A stretch of DNA of 64,000 nucleotides from Amoebidium appalachense (Eukaryota; Protista; Ichthyosporea): assembly GCA_963693365.1 (NCBI GenBank), contig CAVNZM010000004.1, positions 10,816,468-10,880,467 on the forward strand. The letters run 5' to 3'. This document shows positions 1-32,089 of the stretch, piece by piece. A program made the translations under genes and the position numbers. The notes beneath the pieces are model-generated. The model saw only the letters and a list, made by a program, of their open reading frames with translations. It had not been told where the DNA came from and did no database searches. Each line of letters starts with the position of its first letter. Position 1 is the first letter of the stretch.

Positions 1-2891
1 CACACACAAAAATCTATACATTCACTGCAACTAATGTAAGTACACATGGTGCCCTGCAAATAAATTGGGTGGTGTGTGTCTGAAAATACACCACAGCCCA
101 TTCAAACCCTTTTGTTGCCGCCACCGGCCGAGAAACCCACGCATATATTTCACCACGAGCACAGTCAAACGAAATCATATGTAGAGCTGTTGTGGCGTCA
201 TAGGGGACTTTGTGTGGCGTCATTGGGACTCTGCGTTTACTCGACATACCCTTTTTCATCAAATTTTGATTTGTAGCACTGTGTAGTGCATGTACATGCA
301 TGTATGGTGCATCTGCCGGGACACCCACACATGTTTCACCATGAGCACATGTCAGACCAACCCACTTACAAAAAAACAATTGACAGGTTTGCGTCATGGG
401 AATGGGCATTGCTCGATACACGTCCTTATGATCATTTGAATTTCACTAGCTGGACCAGTGCACTGTAGAGCATGATGATTTGACTTGTTAGCCTTGCATG
501 CATGGCGTGACGCGCATATGGTTAACAAGATACAAGGCACGCCACCTTCCGGCACTCTATTGCTGGTAAGTGCACGCCGATTAATGATGGTTCCACTGAA
601 CTTGACACGACATGCACGTCTCACCGACAAGAGCTCTCCACGTTTACTCGAGAACCTCCCGTGACCTCCTTAACTAGTTTGCAGCAGCGAAGCAGTGCCA
701 AACTTTGCTCTCATATATATGCACAGTCACTGACTCGCACTTTGCGTAAGTAACCTCAAGTGCACCCATTTAAGCTTTCACGAACACCACCGCGTTCCGG
801 CCAATTAATAACAACACCTATACCATCACAAATGCATGCTGAAGTGACAGTGCAAACTCCCGATGACATCTCACACTGACGGTGTACATGTAACCTTCCG
901 TTGGATTCTTTGTTGCCAGTGGCACCGAACAACCGTTCTCATCATGACCAGAACTTCACCCACGGCTACTGTATTGCTTTGCCCACTCAGCAAGAAGGTT
1001 CATATGGCCTCGTCGAACTATTGTAAGTTGTATGATCCTATTCACATCAAACCATGTGCTACACAAGACCTCTGGCTCAGTCATCCCACCCAGTACAAAC
1101 ATGCTTACTTTACACAAACACATAAGTGACACGTACCCACGTTTTTCACCACTTGTTCTAACAAGAGCACGTTGTACATAGCTTGCAGTGGAGTTGGCAC
1201 ACAGAGGTAGTACTGAGTTCGAGCTGCTTTATATTTGGCGGCTACATCCTGCCAGCAACCAGGCTGCGAACTCGTTGGGTTCTTTGCCATTCGGTCCCAT
1301 GGACCATTCATAAAACTTATACAAATAACAAACTTGCAGTCCCAGCAGAACCAACAAGACTTTGTACATTCTAACTTATTAGGCCGTACTACCTATACCA
1401 GAGCTCAGGAAGGTAGGTAGAATTATATGTCAACTTCAGGGTTTTAAGATAATGTCACACGCGCCGGCCTCAGACCATACCTGGTGTAGGCAAACAGGGC
1501 GGTGAAGAAGGGTACAGAAAAGCCTCAAGCTGCGTCCATATGCATTCAAACTTTATACTAACTACAACGTAAAAACTCTGGTAGGACTAAAACTATACAC
1601 GTCTACAGTTGCTCTTTGTACATAAACACGAACTATTAAATAGACAACTTGCAGTAACTTCGGCAGCACGGGCTTAGGCAAAGTTGACCCCAGGAAGTTT
1701 CTTGTAGACCACTCAACACCGCTGAGTGGTTTGAGCTGGAAGTTGGCCACTAGGGAAAGTGCCGCTTCAAACAGGTAGACGTTCGCTGCAAAACAAAGGA
1801 AAAAGCCATGATGCTTAGTTCGGAGTCGATCGTCGAAATGCGTCAGTGCATGTAGGGGTGGGCCAACTTGGGACGAGATATGGACGCAATAACCTCACAC
1901 CTTGGCAGGGGGATGTTACGAAGGAAGTCACCTGCATAACGGTTGCGGGGCAACCAAACAATTTCGGCAAAGCATTCTCCGTCCTCCTTTGATGCGTGTC
2001 TTTCTAGCGCTTCCAAGTCTACAGCCAAATAGCGCTGCGGAGAGGGATGCTTCAGAGTTGCCATGTTTTGTTTTGTTTTCTTGAGAGAGAGGCGTTGTGT
2101 TTGGTCGTATACCGATCAAGAACACATGTCGTAGTGCACACGAGACAGTGTGTTGGTCAGACAGGCGTGCACCGATATATATATCCCCACGCAAATTGAG
2201 GAGGGTAAACTGTTTCTATCTTGGAGCTGATTGCCGCAGCCCGGAGCATGTTGAGGACATTGAACTGCAATACGGCTCGCAGTAAATATAAAATTACAGG
2301 AAAAAGCTATGAGTTCGCTTAAATGAAATGAGTTATAAATATTTTCATTTAACATCAATGCCAGCTGAATAAGCGAATGACATAATGCCGGGCTAACAGC
2401 CGTCAAAAAGTGTAAGGCAAACATCATGCATGTCTGTTGCCATTATTAGTCACCTAAAAATTGAGCTGGTGGTCAGTTGCCATTAGCACCTTTTACGCAG
2501 TTCATTTTCTATGCTTTTTTATTAATTTTAATTAAACAAAAATTTTATAAACTAATATACAAGTATTGATAGCTGTATGCATTTTACTACGTTTCTTTCT
2601 ATCTCCGCGGTTCATGATGTTTGTTTCAAATCTAAAAAACATCCATAGACGGCTAAACATACTTAAATGAAGCTGTCGACGATTGGCTGTTCGTAATGAC
2701 GCATGCGTGGACGGATATAAAGTTATCCATTTATCTGAGCCTTTACAAACCAACCAGTCACTGAGAAATAAGTGTTGAGGTGGGTAAAACAGAATTCGCA
2801 AGTGGCGGGATTGAGTCGATTGACTTCAACTTTCGCGGCACATAGAGCCTGTAGGAAGACCGTGATAGATTTTCTTTTTACTTTTGAAACA

Positions 2892-2956
<65 letters not shown>

Positions 2957-3378
2957 AGCACATTGATTTCTAATGCCGAAGCGACGTTTGCAAGTTCGAG
3001 ATTAGACAAACGAAAAGGGAGGGGGCGGGCAAACTCTGATGTTTTCACGGCCTCGTGCTGAGGACTACTCAGGAGGCGGCATTCCAACTAGAAACTCAGT
3101 TTGGATCAAGACAATTGCTCTATTTTTGATAGGTGTCGTTATGCATTTTCCACTGTAGTGATTTCCCTTCAAATTGAATATATCTGCATTCAAATAATTG
3201 GGCAGAAAACATTTCCATTGTTTTTTTCTACCACGTTCCGAAGTTCCGAACTTCTACTTCGTAAGTTCACAATTCCAGAGCATCTGCTCATTGGGCTGGT
3301 GATACCGTTTGCGCCAACCAGCGTGCACCTGCTTTCCCAGGAATGCCAGGGCTTGTTACTTGCTGGGAAAGATGACAT
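1..3378 (-). CDS. Putative compact multi-exon gene of unknown function; model incomplete and may extend past the left window edge
   Basis: Several open segments bounded by AG/GT on the minus strand: ATG at 3378 (MSSFPASNKPWHSWES), ~3087-2960 (LECRLLSSPQHEAVKTSEF...), ~2848-2760 (ALCAAKVEVNRLNP...), ~2265-2190 (FNVLNMLRAAAISSKIE), ~2034-1931 (RYLAVDLEALERH...), ~1785-1650 (NVYLFEAALSLVANFQ...), ~1315-1137. I could not close one consistent frame across all of them and recognised no domain. Confidence 0.3.
2893..2954. repeat. (TA)n microsatellite
   Basis: Perfect TA run of about 62 bp. Confidence 0.95.
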
Positions 3379-3556
3379 AGTCCGAGCATAACATCCCCGG
3401 GAGTCGCGACTCGCGACCCCGCCTCGCATAACATCGCAGCATAGGACAAAAACAGAGAACCGCGCACTCGAGCTCGCCCAAGTGGAAAGATAAGAAAAAA
3501 AGACGCAATCAAAACATAAAAAAAGAAACTATAACGAATTAGCCAACAAACAAATA

Positions 3557-3562
3557 TTTATT
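3557..3562 (-). terminator. Candidate AATAAA polyadenylation signal of the AP4M1 transcript
   Basis: TTTATT on the plus strand at 3557-3562, followed on the minus strand by a GT-rich tract. It lies downstream of a candidate acceptor (tgtacAG at 3780-3779). Confidence 0.4.
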
Positions 3563-4708
3563 GTGAAGGTTGTGGAGGAAATATACATGGGAGCCCATAA
3601 GACATTGTGGTCATCGATTGCGATGAATGCGATCCAACGGTTGGATCACTATTTGAGAATCATGTTCGTGAGCAAGTTGGCGCCCGCCGTGCCCGGCGGC
3701 CCGGGGAGGCGGAAACAACAACAAGTTCTGAGTCATGCATTGCGATGAGTCAGTACTAGTGCGGGAGGGACAGTCGACCTGTACATAAGTGTCACGTGTC
3801 TGGGTGCCGTAGTCTCCCCATCCTATCTCTATTCTTTCTCTACGTAGTAGAGGAGGGACAGGGGTAATCCCGGCTATTCTTCTCTTCGCAGTTCGTGTTA
3901 GTTGGCGTACTATCCGGTGTCCTAGTGTATGTGCACACAATGTGAGAGAGAACTCACCCACCATGGTTGGATACACTGTGTCACAGGCAAAAAGTTTGTG
4001 TTATGGACATTTCGGGACAAATGTCGAGTCACTGTGGTACGTTCACGGTGGGATGCGGTAGGGTTGTTGTTGTTTGGGCGGGGGGAGGGGTGGAGGGGGG
4101 GGGGGGGGGGGGGGGGGGGAAGGGAGGGAGGAGGAGGAGGGCGGGGGGAGGGGGAGGGGGAGGGGAGAAGCAAGTTTTAGGAGGGAGAACGGAGCGAGCG
4201 AGCGAGGGAGAGAGGAATAGAGGGTGGTGCAGGGGAGAGAGAGATCGAGTGCCCTGAGCCTGAGGCTAGCATAAGTTCAACTCCAAAGCTCGCATGGGAA
4301 TTCGCTCAACCCCAATGGAGTAGAAGCTCACCTTTTTTTTTTTTTTTCGGGGAGGGGGGGGGGGGGGGGGGGGGAACGAGGAGATGCGCGAATTGTATAT
4401 CGAGGAAAGTGCGTGGAGGGTTGGAACTGGGTTGGTGGATGCGAAAATAGAGCTCAGTGTTGCTGTGTGCAAAATGTCCACTGGTTGTCTTATCCAACCG
4501 ATGTAATTGACATTGCGCACATTCACGTACACAGAAATAATATGTGTGCACCCCATGACAGCCATGCTCACGCACGCCCACACACCAAGGAAAACCCACA
4601 CCAACACAAGCACATACACACATTCGCGCGCACACACCCAGATCACACAATTCTGGCAAACTTGCCTACATCCAAGCATACATTTCACCCCTCAGCATGC
4701 GCACCCAC

Positions 4709-16207
<11,499 letters not shown>

Positions 16208-16695
16208 ACTGTGCGCCTACTTGAGAGAGAGAGGGTGTGTGTATGTGTGTGCGTTTGCGTCGAGTGTATGTGCGTGTGTGCGTGTGGGGTTGCCTGTGTG
16301 TGTGTGATTTTGTGTGTGTTTGTGCGTGTATGCTTTTGTGCGTGTGTCTGTGTGCTTTGCTCGCTTGCGGGTGTGAGGGCGTGCGTGTGCGTCTCTGTTG
16401 GAAAAGGAAGATCCACGTGGGAACATCAGAAAAAGGGAAGGTTTGTGGGTGCAGACGTGGCTTTCACCTCTCTCGAACTCCCCAATTTATGTCTGTTTCT
16501 CACTCTCTTTCCTTAACTCTCTCTCTCTTTCTATCCCTCTATTTCCCTATCTTTTTCTCTCTTTCTCTTTCTGCGCTCTAGACCCATTGAAAGCTTTCTT
16601 AGAGCTCGTGGTCTCGGAACCGAACAACAAGAAGGCCGTGTTCCACTTTCATCACGACCATATAGTGTTTGCGCAAACGGAAAAGCTACGCTCTG

Positions 16696-16751
16696 ATTGG
16701 TTAGCATAGCCATTGGCTAATAGAGCACCATCGAGCCAAAATCTAACCAAT
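16696..16751. promoter_or_regulatory. CCAAT-box cluster in a probable bidirectional promoter between AP4M1 and the LRR gene
   Basis: ATTGG at 16696 and 16712 and CCAAT at 16747, between head-to-head start codons at 16207 (-) and 17169 (+). Confidence 0.5.
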
Positions 16752-16980
16752 CATCATTTTATTAATATACCCATATCTGGCTAATCAGTTCAGGGCTACG
16801 AAGGTTGTCAGTTTCCAACCCTGTCCAGCCAACGTCCTTTTGTGGCACCAGTTTAGGCCTAGAGGTACTTACCGAGTTAGCACGTGTTTGCTGGATAATA
16901 GCTATTTCCAGAATTTTTTTTGTGACTAAAACGGTTAGATGGGTCATTTTTACAAGCGAGTCTGAGAGATTACAGGTCTG

Positions 16981-17148
16981 TTGGTAACATGGGACTTGGA
17001 TTCATTGCTCCATCACCACCGTGAAAGTGAGGGTTGGGATGAGTGAACCTGTCAGAAGATTGGTAACATGGGACTTGGATTCATTGCTCCATCACCACCG
17101 TGCTTATAAGACATGTGAGGGTTGGGATGAGTGAACCTGTCAGAAGAT
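16981..17148. repeat. Tandem duplication of a ~79/88-bp unit just upstream of the LRR gene ATG
   Basis: TGGTAACATGGGACTTGGATTCATTGCTCCATCACCACCGTG-[AAA | CTTATAAGACAT]-GTGAGGGTTGGGATGAGTGAACCTGTCAGAAGAT occurs twice. Confidence 0.92.
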
Positions 17149-17168
17149 CCTTAACACAGTTCAGGAGT

Positions 17169-23616
<6,448 letters not shown>

Positions 23617-23847
23617 GCGAATGTGGGCCTTTTTCATTTCTTTTGTGCATGTGGTTGTGTAATGGGCCTAGTAGGTGTCTGTGTGCATCAAGGTGTGTGT
23701 GTGTGTGCCTGGCCGAACGTGTGGCCACCGTGGGTGTGAGCGTGTGTCTGTGTGTGTGTGTATACTTGTGCGTGTGGCGTGTCTGTGTGTGTGTGTGTAC
23801 TTGTGCGTGTGGCGTGTCTGTGTGTGTGTGTGTACTTGTGCGTGTGG

Positions 23848-23930
<83 letters not shown>

Positions 23931-24232
23931 GCGCGTGTGCATGTGGCCTTTAATTACCGCATGTGCTCAGGGAGGAGGTGGGGGGAGGGGGGGGAGGGGG
24001 GGGGGGACTGTTTTGAGTGCTGTTGGAATACTATGATAGGGTCTTTAGGAGAAGACGTCGGGGGGACCCGAGAGATCAATCAGGAGTACGAGGTTGCAAA
24101 TTTTTTATTTGTTCTTTTTTCAATTTATCGTATTTTATTTTTATTTTTTATTTTTATTTTTATTGCCTTTTGGGGGGGGGGGGGGGGAGGGGGGGGAGGG
24201 GGGGGGGGGGAGGGGGGGAGGGGGGCGCATAC

Positions 24233-24359
24233 TGTCCTTGGTGCAAGTTGTGCCATTGCCTGAGTATCCGCTTTTGCAGGTGCAGTTGTAGAGGGTGGGG
24301 GTGTCAGTGCACTGAGCATTGGCATCACAGATGTGTGCCTAGCGCACACTCATTTACGG
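24233..24359 (-). pseudogene. EGF-like domain exon with a 2-nt frameshift (copy 1)
   Basis: After a (CA)n-ttgcAG acceptor it reads [10 protein letters not shown] / CDANAQCTDTPTLYNCTCKSGYSGNGTTCTKD, then a GTATGC donor and poly-C. It is 127 nt instead of 129; a TG is missing relative to copy 2, creating TGA. Confidence 0.75.
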
Positions 24360-24454
24360 CTGCAATGTGTGTGTGTGTGTGTGTGTGTGTGCGCGTGTGT
24401 GTGCGCGTGAGTGTGTGTGTGTGCGTGTGTGTATGTGTATCACGGTGAATGTGC

Positions 24455-24486
<32 letters not shown>

Positions 24487-25241
24487 GGTTGTGCACATGG
24501 ATACGTAATTTAAAGCTTGAAGGGGGAGGGTGGGTGAAACCTCAATCAGTGGTGCCGGACATGGAGAATAAATAGAGGGCCCGAGAAGTCCAAGAACAAT
24601 ACGGAAAAAGGGGTGTGTGTGTGTGGGGGGGGGGGGGGGGGGGGGGGGGGATCAGGTAGATGCGAGGTTGCATGTTGTGAGGAGAGAGGGGGAGAGGGGG
24701 GGGAGGGGGGGGGGGGGGGGGGATGTGGGACGGGGAGGGTGAGGAGGGAATGACGAGATTAAGAAGGGGAAAGGGGAGGGGAAGGGGGGAGAGAGGGAGT
24801 GAAGGGGGGGGGGGGGGGGGAGGGGGAAGGGGTGGGGGGGACATACGGTCCTTGGTGCAATTACAGCTTGAAGGTGGGAAGGTGGGAGGGGTGAAACCTT
24901 TATCAGTGCTGCTGGATTAGGCAGTCGCAAATTCCGAGAAAGCATGAGAGGTCCATAAGCATTATGGTTGGGGGGGAGGGGGAGGGGGGAAGGTGGTGGT
25001 GGTGGTGGTAGGGGGGGGGGGGGGGGGGGGGGGGGGGGAGGGGGGGCTGATGTAGATGCGAATTTTTTTTTGAAGAGGTGCAGAGGTGAAGGGGAGAGGG
25101 GGATGGAAGGTAACACGGGGGGGGAGGGGAGGGGGGTTGACGAGGTTGAAAATAGGAGAGGATGAAAGGGAGGTGGGGGAAAGGGGGGGGGGGAGGGGGG
25201 GGGGGGGGGGGGGGGAGGGGGGGAGGGCGGGGGATGCATAC

Positions 25242-25347
25242 CGTCCTTTGTGCATACGGTGCCATTGCCGGAGTATCCGCTTTTGTACGTGCAGTTGTAG
25301 AGGGTGGGGGGGTCGGTGCACTGAGCATTGACATCACACAGATGTGT
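25242..25347 (-). pseudogene. EGF-like domain exon remnant (copy 2)
   Basis: THLCDVNAQCTDPPTLYNCTYKSGYSGNGTVCTKD followed by a GTATGC donor. It lacks the first Cys segment and has a Cys>Tyr change in CxC. Confidence 0.72.
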
Positions 25348-25358
25348 CTGTGTGTGTG

Positions 25359-25457
<99 letters not shown>

Positions 25458-25716
25458 TAGTGCATATGGATACGTAATTTAAAACTTGAAGGGGGAGGGT
25501 GGGTGAAACCTCATGAGGGGGGGGAGGGAGGGGGGAAGGTAGGGAAGGGGAGGGAGGGAGGGGAATCTACCAAGGCACTTTGCATGCTATGATTGTGCAG
25601 CATAATAACACATCGTTGACGGGATGTAGAAGGAAATTGAAGCGGGCAAAGTATATAGAGGCTTCCAAGGACCGGGGGGAAGGGGGAGGGGAGGGGGGTT
25701 CCTGGGGAACGGGGGT

Positions 25717-25748
<32 letters not shown>

Positions 25749-26467
25749 TTTACGAAGACACTGCTAACTTAACTTTTCATATACACATACTCAGTGGGTA
25801 TAGTATGAAACATAGGGAAACGTGAGAGAATGGTTTGAAGAGTTCAGAAAGTGATTTGGGTAGCAAACTCAAACTCGCTTAACCTGTATGATACCGGATG
25901 GTTTTCCTAGATAATCACTTCTGAAACACAGAAACAGATACAAAAGCATACGAAATAATAAGTTGTCCCCAAATCAACTTAGAAACCGTTATGTAGGTAA
26001 GACATAAACGTGTCGATATTTACAGTGTTTGAGCTTTTTGATGATCGATTTTGAGCCACCGCGGCAATTATAGAGTTGTTTTGGGCTGTTTAGAGATGAC
26101 CGGCTGGCGGCCAAATCGATTAGTGCCGGCCCGAAGAGGTTAATGCATTGCCACTGGGTTCGTTATGGGTTCCGAGGGGGAGGGGAGGGGGGGGGGGGGG
26201 GGGGGGGGGGGGGACGTTTCTAAGGAACCAGGGGGTAGGGGGGGGAGAATGGAGGGGGAGGGGGCGAGAATGGAGCGGAAGGGGGAGGGGGGGTCACCGA
26301 GACACCAGGTAGAATTTATTCATATGAATTAAGGTACTGAGAGGAGGAGTATGGGGATGAGGGGAAGGTAGGGTCTACAGATTTGAATAAAAAACCAAAT
26401 AAAAGGAAACATAAGTCTGCTTGGCATGGGGTTGTCTATGGTTGGATATGGTTGGCTGTGTGTGAAG

Positions 26468-26504
<37 letters not shown>

Positions 26505-26562
26505 GCGTGTGTGTGTGACAATGTCACTAAGGCCGGGGGATTCTTGAAAGCGAGCTCATTTT

Positions 26563-26593
<31 letters not shown>

Positions 26594-26617
26594 GGGAGTG
26601 GGGCGGATGGGGTAGCG

Positions 26618-26736
<119 letters not shown>

Positions 26737-26906
26737 TGTATGTGTGTCAACGGTTTGTTGGGGGAGAGGGGCGGGGAGGACCACGGGGGGAGGATGGGGG
26801 GGGGGGGGGGAGGGAGCCTGGGGGAGGGGGAAAAGAAATTCTGACTCGTGGCACCAGTATCAGTGCAAAAATTCGGGGTTCAAGAATCTCCTGCGACAGG
26901 GGGGGG

Positions 26907-26954
<48 letters not shown>

Positions 26955-27558
26955 GGAACTGCCACATCCCTGCGGTTCGGAGGGGTGGGGAGGGGGGAGA
27001 CACCAGCCTGAGGGGTGAGCTCCGGAGGATCCAGGGGGGATGCCCGACTAATCTCTACCCCCCTCCCCCCCCCCCCCCCCCACCCAAAACATGATTTCTT
27101 CGGAATTCAGAAATACCTAGGCATTAGTGATAATGTCACGGCCCAGTACCGCCACATGAATATGTTGCATGAATCCCAAAGCTTTTTGGGAACTTGCACG
27201 GTTCTGATGAGCACCTTATGAGTCCGTTGCACGTGAAGCTTTTGAGGCTGTCGGAAGACTATACATTTGTATACACTAAGTCGTGTGAGTCGGGTCACAA
27301 GGCACTGTCCCAACCCCCCCCCCTTCCCCCCTCCCCTCCTCCCCTCCCCCCCCCCCCCCCCTCCCTCCTCGGGGGTGACCGGAGCTCCGGGGGCCGCCCC
27401 TTCCGGAGAGAGCACCTCATGCTGGGCCTTGCCAGCCTGGGAGGCTCTGGGACTCCTCAGGTGAGGCTATTAAGAGGCCCGTTTCTCACCTCAGTGCCTA
27501 AACCTGTCAACAATATTATTCATTGCAACGAAATAACCGCCGAGCCCTCTCGGCCTCC

Positions 27559-27589
<31 letters not shown>

Positions 27590-27645
27590 AACACAAAAAA
27601 ACCTTCCCCCCCCCCCTCCCCTCCCCCCCCCTTCCCCCCCCCCCT

Positions 27646-27685
<40 letters not shown>

Positions 27686-27833
27686 GTCAACTAATAGAAA
27701 ATAAACGAAATCGTTGCCCCCAAATTAACCCTCAGAATTATTCTGGCTCCTGAGAGTCACGGGTTTCGATTTGACGGGGAATCTCCTAGAAGCCTTCAAA
27801 TTTTCCATATGTGATGAGTGTCCCAAACAACCC

Positions 27834-27864
<31 letters not shown>

Positions 27865-28755
27865 AAAGAAAATACATAGTGGGCTGATGGACAGAAGCCA
27901 TTTTTTTCTGTTTTGCCAAGTTTTTCAGAGTTTGTGAATGAAAAAGCTTGATGGCTCTCAGCTAGGCAGGCTGTTTTTCGCACAGTATTGGGGAATTCCT
28001 GAATGGCGCGGAAGAGGGGGGAAGGGGGGGAGGGGGGAGGAGGGCGGGGAGGGGAGGGGGAGTGGGAAACGGAGCGCGAGGGGGGAATCTCGCCCCGGGT
28101 GTGGCCAGGGGACGAAAGCTCAGTATTCAGTGTGCAATGCATGATATGCCATGTTGTCACAAGTTCATGCTAGTAATACCGTACACTGGCCAGACATCAG
28201 TGATTGGAAGGCCAACATGCACCACCATGCGTGTGCACATGGCAGCATTTGAGCGTCTCAGAAAAGGCGCCCTCTGGCGTTTCACCAAAACCCACACTGT
28301 ATCACTGTAGCAACATCCAGTGCAGAAAGTGCATTGTTTTCTCAGAGTTTTAAATTTGGATCGATAAAGAAGTAGAAATGTGGTCTATTTTCCCAAATTG
28401 AACGGTTTCTGATCCGGAACTTGTACTGTTTTCGTGAATTTGAAGTTGATTCGTGTTCCACGGTTTAACAAGAGCGTCACCTGCGTGCGCCCGATGCACT
28501 GCACACACAGAGTGTCACACAGACGCACGCACACACACACGAGCACACACACACACACTGTCAGGGATTCTCTATGATTTGAAGTTAAGGGGGGAGAGGG
28601 GGGAAGGGGGGAGGAATGGGTAGTAAATTCCGAAGCGCCCCCCCTGGTGGTACCCTCCTCCTCCCCTGGGGAGCGGGGAAGGGGGAGCGAGGGGGAAGAC
28701 AAAGGGGGAGGGCCGTGGCCGGGGACCTTTCCCTCTCACCTTGTCCCCCCGCTCC

Positions 28756-28799
<44 letters not shown>

Positions 28800-28970
28800 C
28801 ACGTGCAAGTGATGGCCAAACCGTGATCCCTTTCCCATTCACCAAAGGCTGTATTCGTTACGGTCAACGATCTTGTAAAACTGTGAACTTTTGGGGGGCA
28901 GGTTATCGTGCACGTGCTCACCCTGCAGTGTTCGTCTGTGTGTCTATGTGGGAGGGAATTTGTGTGTTCG

Positions 28971-29023
<53 letters not shown>

Positions 29024-29156
29024 ATGGTGTGGGTTAGTGATACAGTTATGTCATCTGCATGTTCATGTATCGCTGGTTTGTGCACCTCGTGTGTGTGTGT
29101 GTGGTGCTGTGTGTGCAGGTACGTGTGAATCAAGCAGTACGTGTGTCACTGAACGA

Positions 29157-29238
<82 letters not shown>

Positions 29239-29569
29239 GTGTGCGTGCGTGTGTGTGTGCTCGGTGGCCATGGGGAGAATGGAGACGAGTTTCCCCCCAG
29301 GCCCGGGAAGAGAGGGAGGTATGCGCAGGGGGGTAGAGGAGGGCCCCGGGTGAGGGGGGCGGGGGGAGGGAGAGAAGGGGGGGGAAGGAGGAGAGGGCCT
29401 CGAGCATGACCTGACGCAGGGTGCAACCTGAGCCTCTGTGTGCCACACCCGGTGAGTCCTTCTGGTAAGCTATTCAGTAAGTGTTGGGAATGTATGTGAA
29501 CCCCTGCTACTAGATCATAGTACAGTATATGATTAGGTTAATGTCTAATATAGTCATGGCAGTCCAAGG

Positions 29570-29600
<31 letters not shown>

Positions 29601-29977
29601 TTTATTTTTATTTTTTTGGTGTGGTGGGCGGGGAAGGAGGGGAGAGGGGAAATGATTCAGGTGGGTGGTGGGGGTCTTTCTCTTCCCCTCTTGCCAAGGG
29701 GGAAAGGGGGGAGGGGGAGGGGGGGGGGGGGGGGCACCTGTCCAAAAGGGGGGGAAAGGGGGGGGCAGGGGGGAGACATCCCCCCAAAATTACTACAACC
29801 CTTTAACCGTTTCAAAATAAGACTCTCTGAAACATACTGGTACACAGACTGACACAGGAACATACACATGTACACACACACACGTACACGCACACACACA
29901 CACACGTCACACACACACAGCGGCCGCATACACACATGTCTCACACACAACTTAGTCTTAATCGCACGCAAACACAT

Positions 29978-30018
<41 letters not shown>

Positions 30019-30383
30019 CACCGCTCGCCACACGCACACGTGTGCACACGTCACAGACATACATGTTTACACACACAAACACGACCTGCACACACACACA
30101 CACACAAACACAGGTGTGCACCATCCCTTCATGATACACACACGCACACAAGCACACATCATACAGATTGGAATAACACACAATGAATTTACACACACCC
30201 ACACACACACAAACGTGACGCACACGCACATACACACACATCTACAGTGCACACGTATATGGAAAAAACACGCACGTGTACGTTCACAGTGACACATGCA
30301 CACACAAACACACGCATACACACAAACGTGCACACATGCACATGTGCACGCACACACATGCACGCACACACACACACACACGA

Positions 30384-30483
<100 letters not shown>

Positions 30484-31161
30484 AAGAGAGGCGTGTACAC
30501 ACACACCCACACCCACATTCACACCCACATCATTTTTTTTAATCACTAAGATGATCCTTTTTTTTTCCCGGAGCTCGAGAGACCCCCCAGGGGGCCCTAG
30601 TAGGAACTACTGGCACCGACTGTACTCTAGTTATTAGGGTGTTCAAGGTGCAGTCATGATCAGCTCAGTACGAACACACTGTTACCAACCTATTAGCAAC
30701 TAATTAATACACACACCCCCAGGACATCCATGTGCACGGACATGCGCACACACATACATACATACATGTACATAAACACATGCACACACACGCACACACA
30801 CACACGCGCGCACGCACACGCGCACAATCAGACAGTGACACACACACCGTGTGACACACACGTGCACATATTCGTGCGCCCACCAACGCACGTGACACAT
30901 GTGTGCACACGCACACAACCACAAACCCGTGAACTCCGTGGCACTCATGTTATGCTCATGATATCTGGAGAGGTACGCATGCGCACACCATCCCGGCACA
31001 AATTTCCCTCATACTATACTATGCACTGACTGACTGATGCCTGTCACACTCCCCCCCCTCCCCGGCGCTGGCTCCGAGTGATGCCCGAGTCTCAGCTGCA
31101 GACTCCACTGTCAACTGTAGTCACGGCAGTCACGGCGGCCAGTCCTAGGCTAATGGTTATG

Positions 31162-31665
<504 letters not shown>

Positions 31666-31951
31666 CTCCCTCTCGAGAATGTCTCGCTGAGCTCTCGAAC
31701 ATGCAAAAAACGTATTTTTGTATTTCCCGTGCAAGGAGGAATGGCCATATATAGCTGGGGTTTACGCTGTTTACTCGAGGCAAAGAGAACCAGTCTCAGG
31801 TATGGGGGGGGGGTTTTTGCTCGGAATATCCCCTCAGCGGTATATCATGATCACGTACATAGATGTCGGGTGGTGACTATATATCAGGGTTTACTTTCTC
31901 TACGAGACACCATAAAGACTACAAGGAGAAATCAATTAGTTGGGGTTCCCC

Positions 31952-31986
<35 letters not shown>

Positions 31987-32018
31987 GGGCTCCCCTCGGG
32001 ACACTCGGTATCAGCTGG

Positions 32019-32069
<51 letters not shown>

Positions 32070-32089
32070 TGTGTGTGTGTGCGCGTGCG

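Noticed and set aside
25879-26143. TTAA-CCT...AGG-TTAA, piggyBac-like MITE
   Set aside because: Terminal inverted similarity is only a few bases and there is no second copy in the window.
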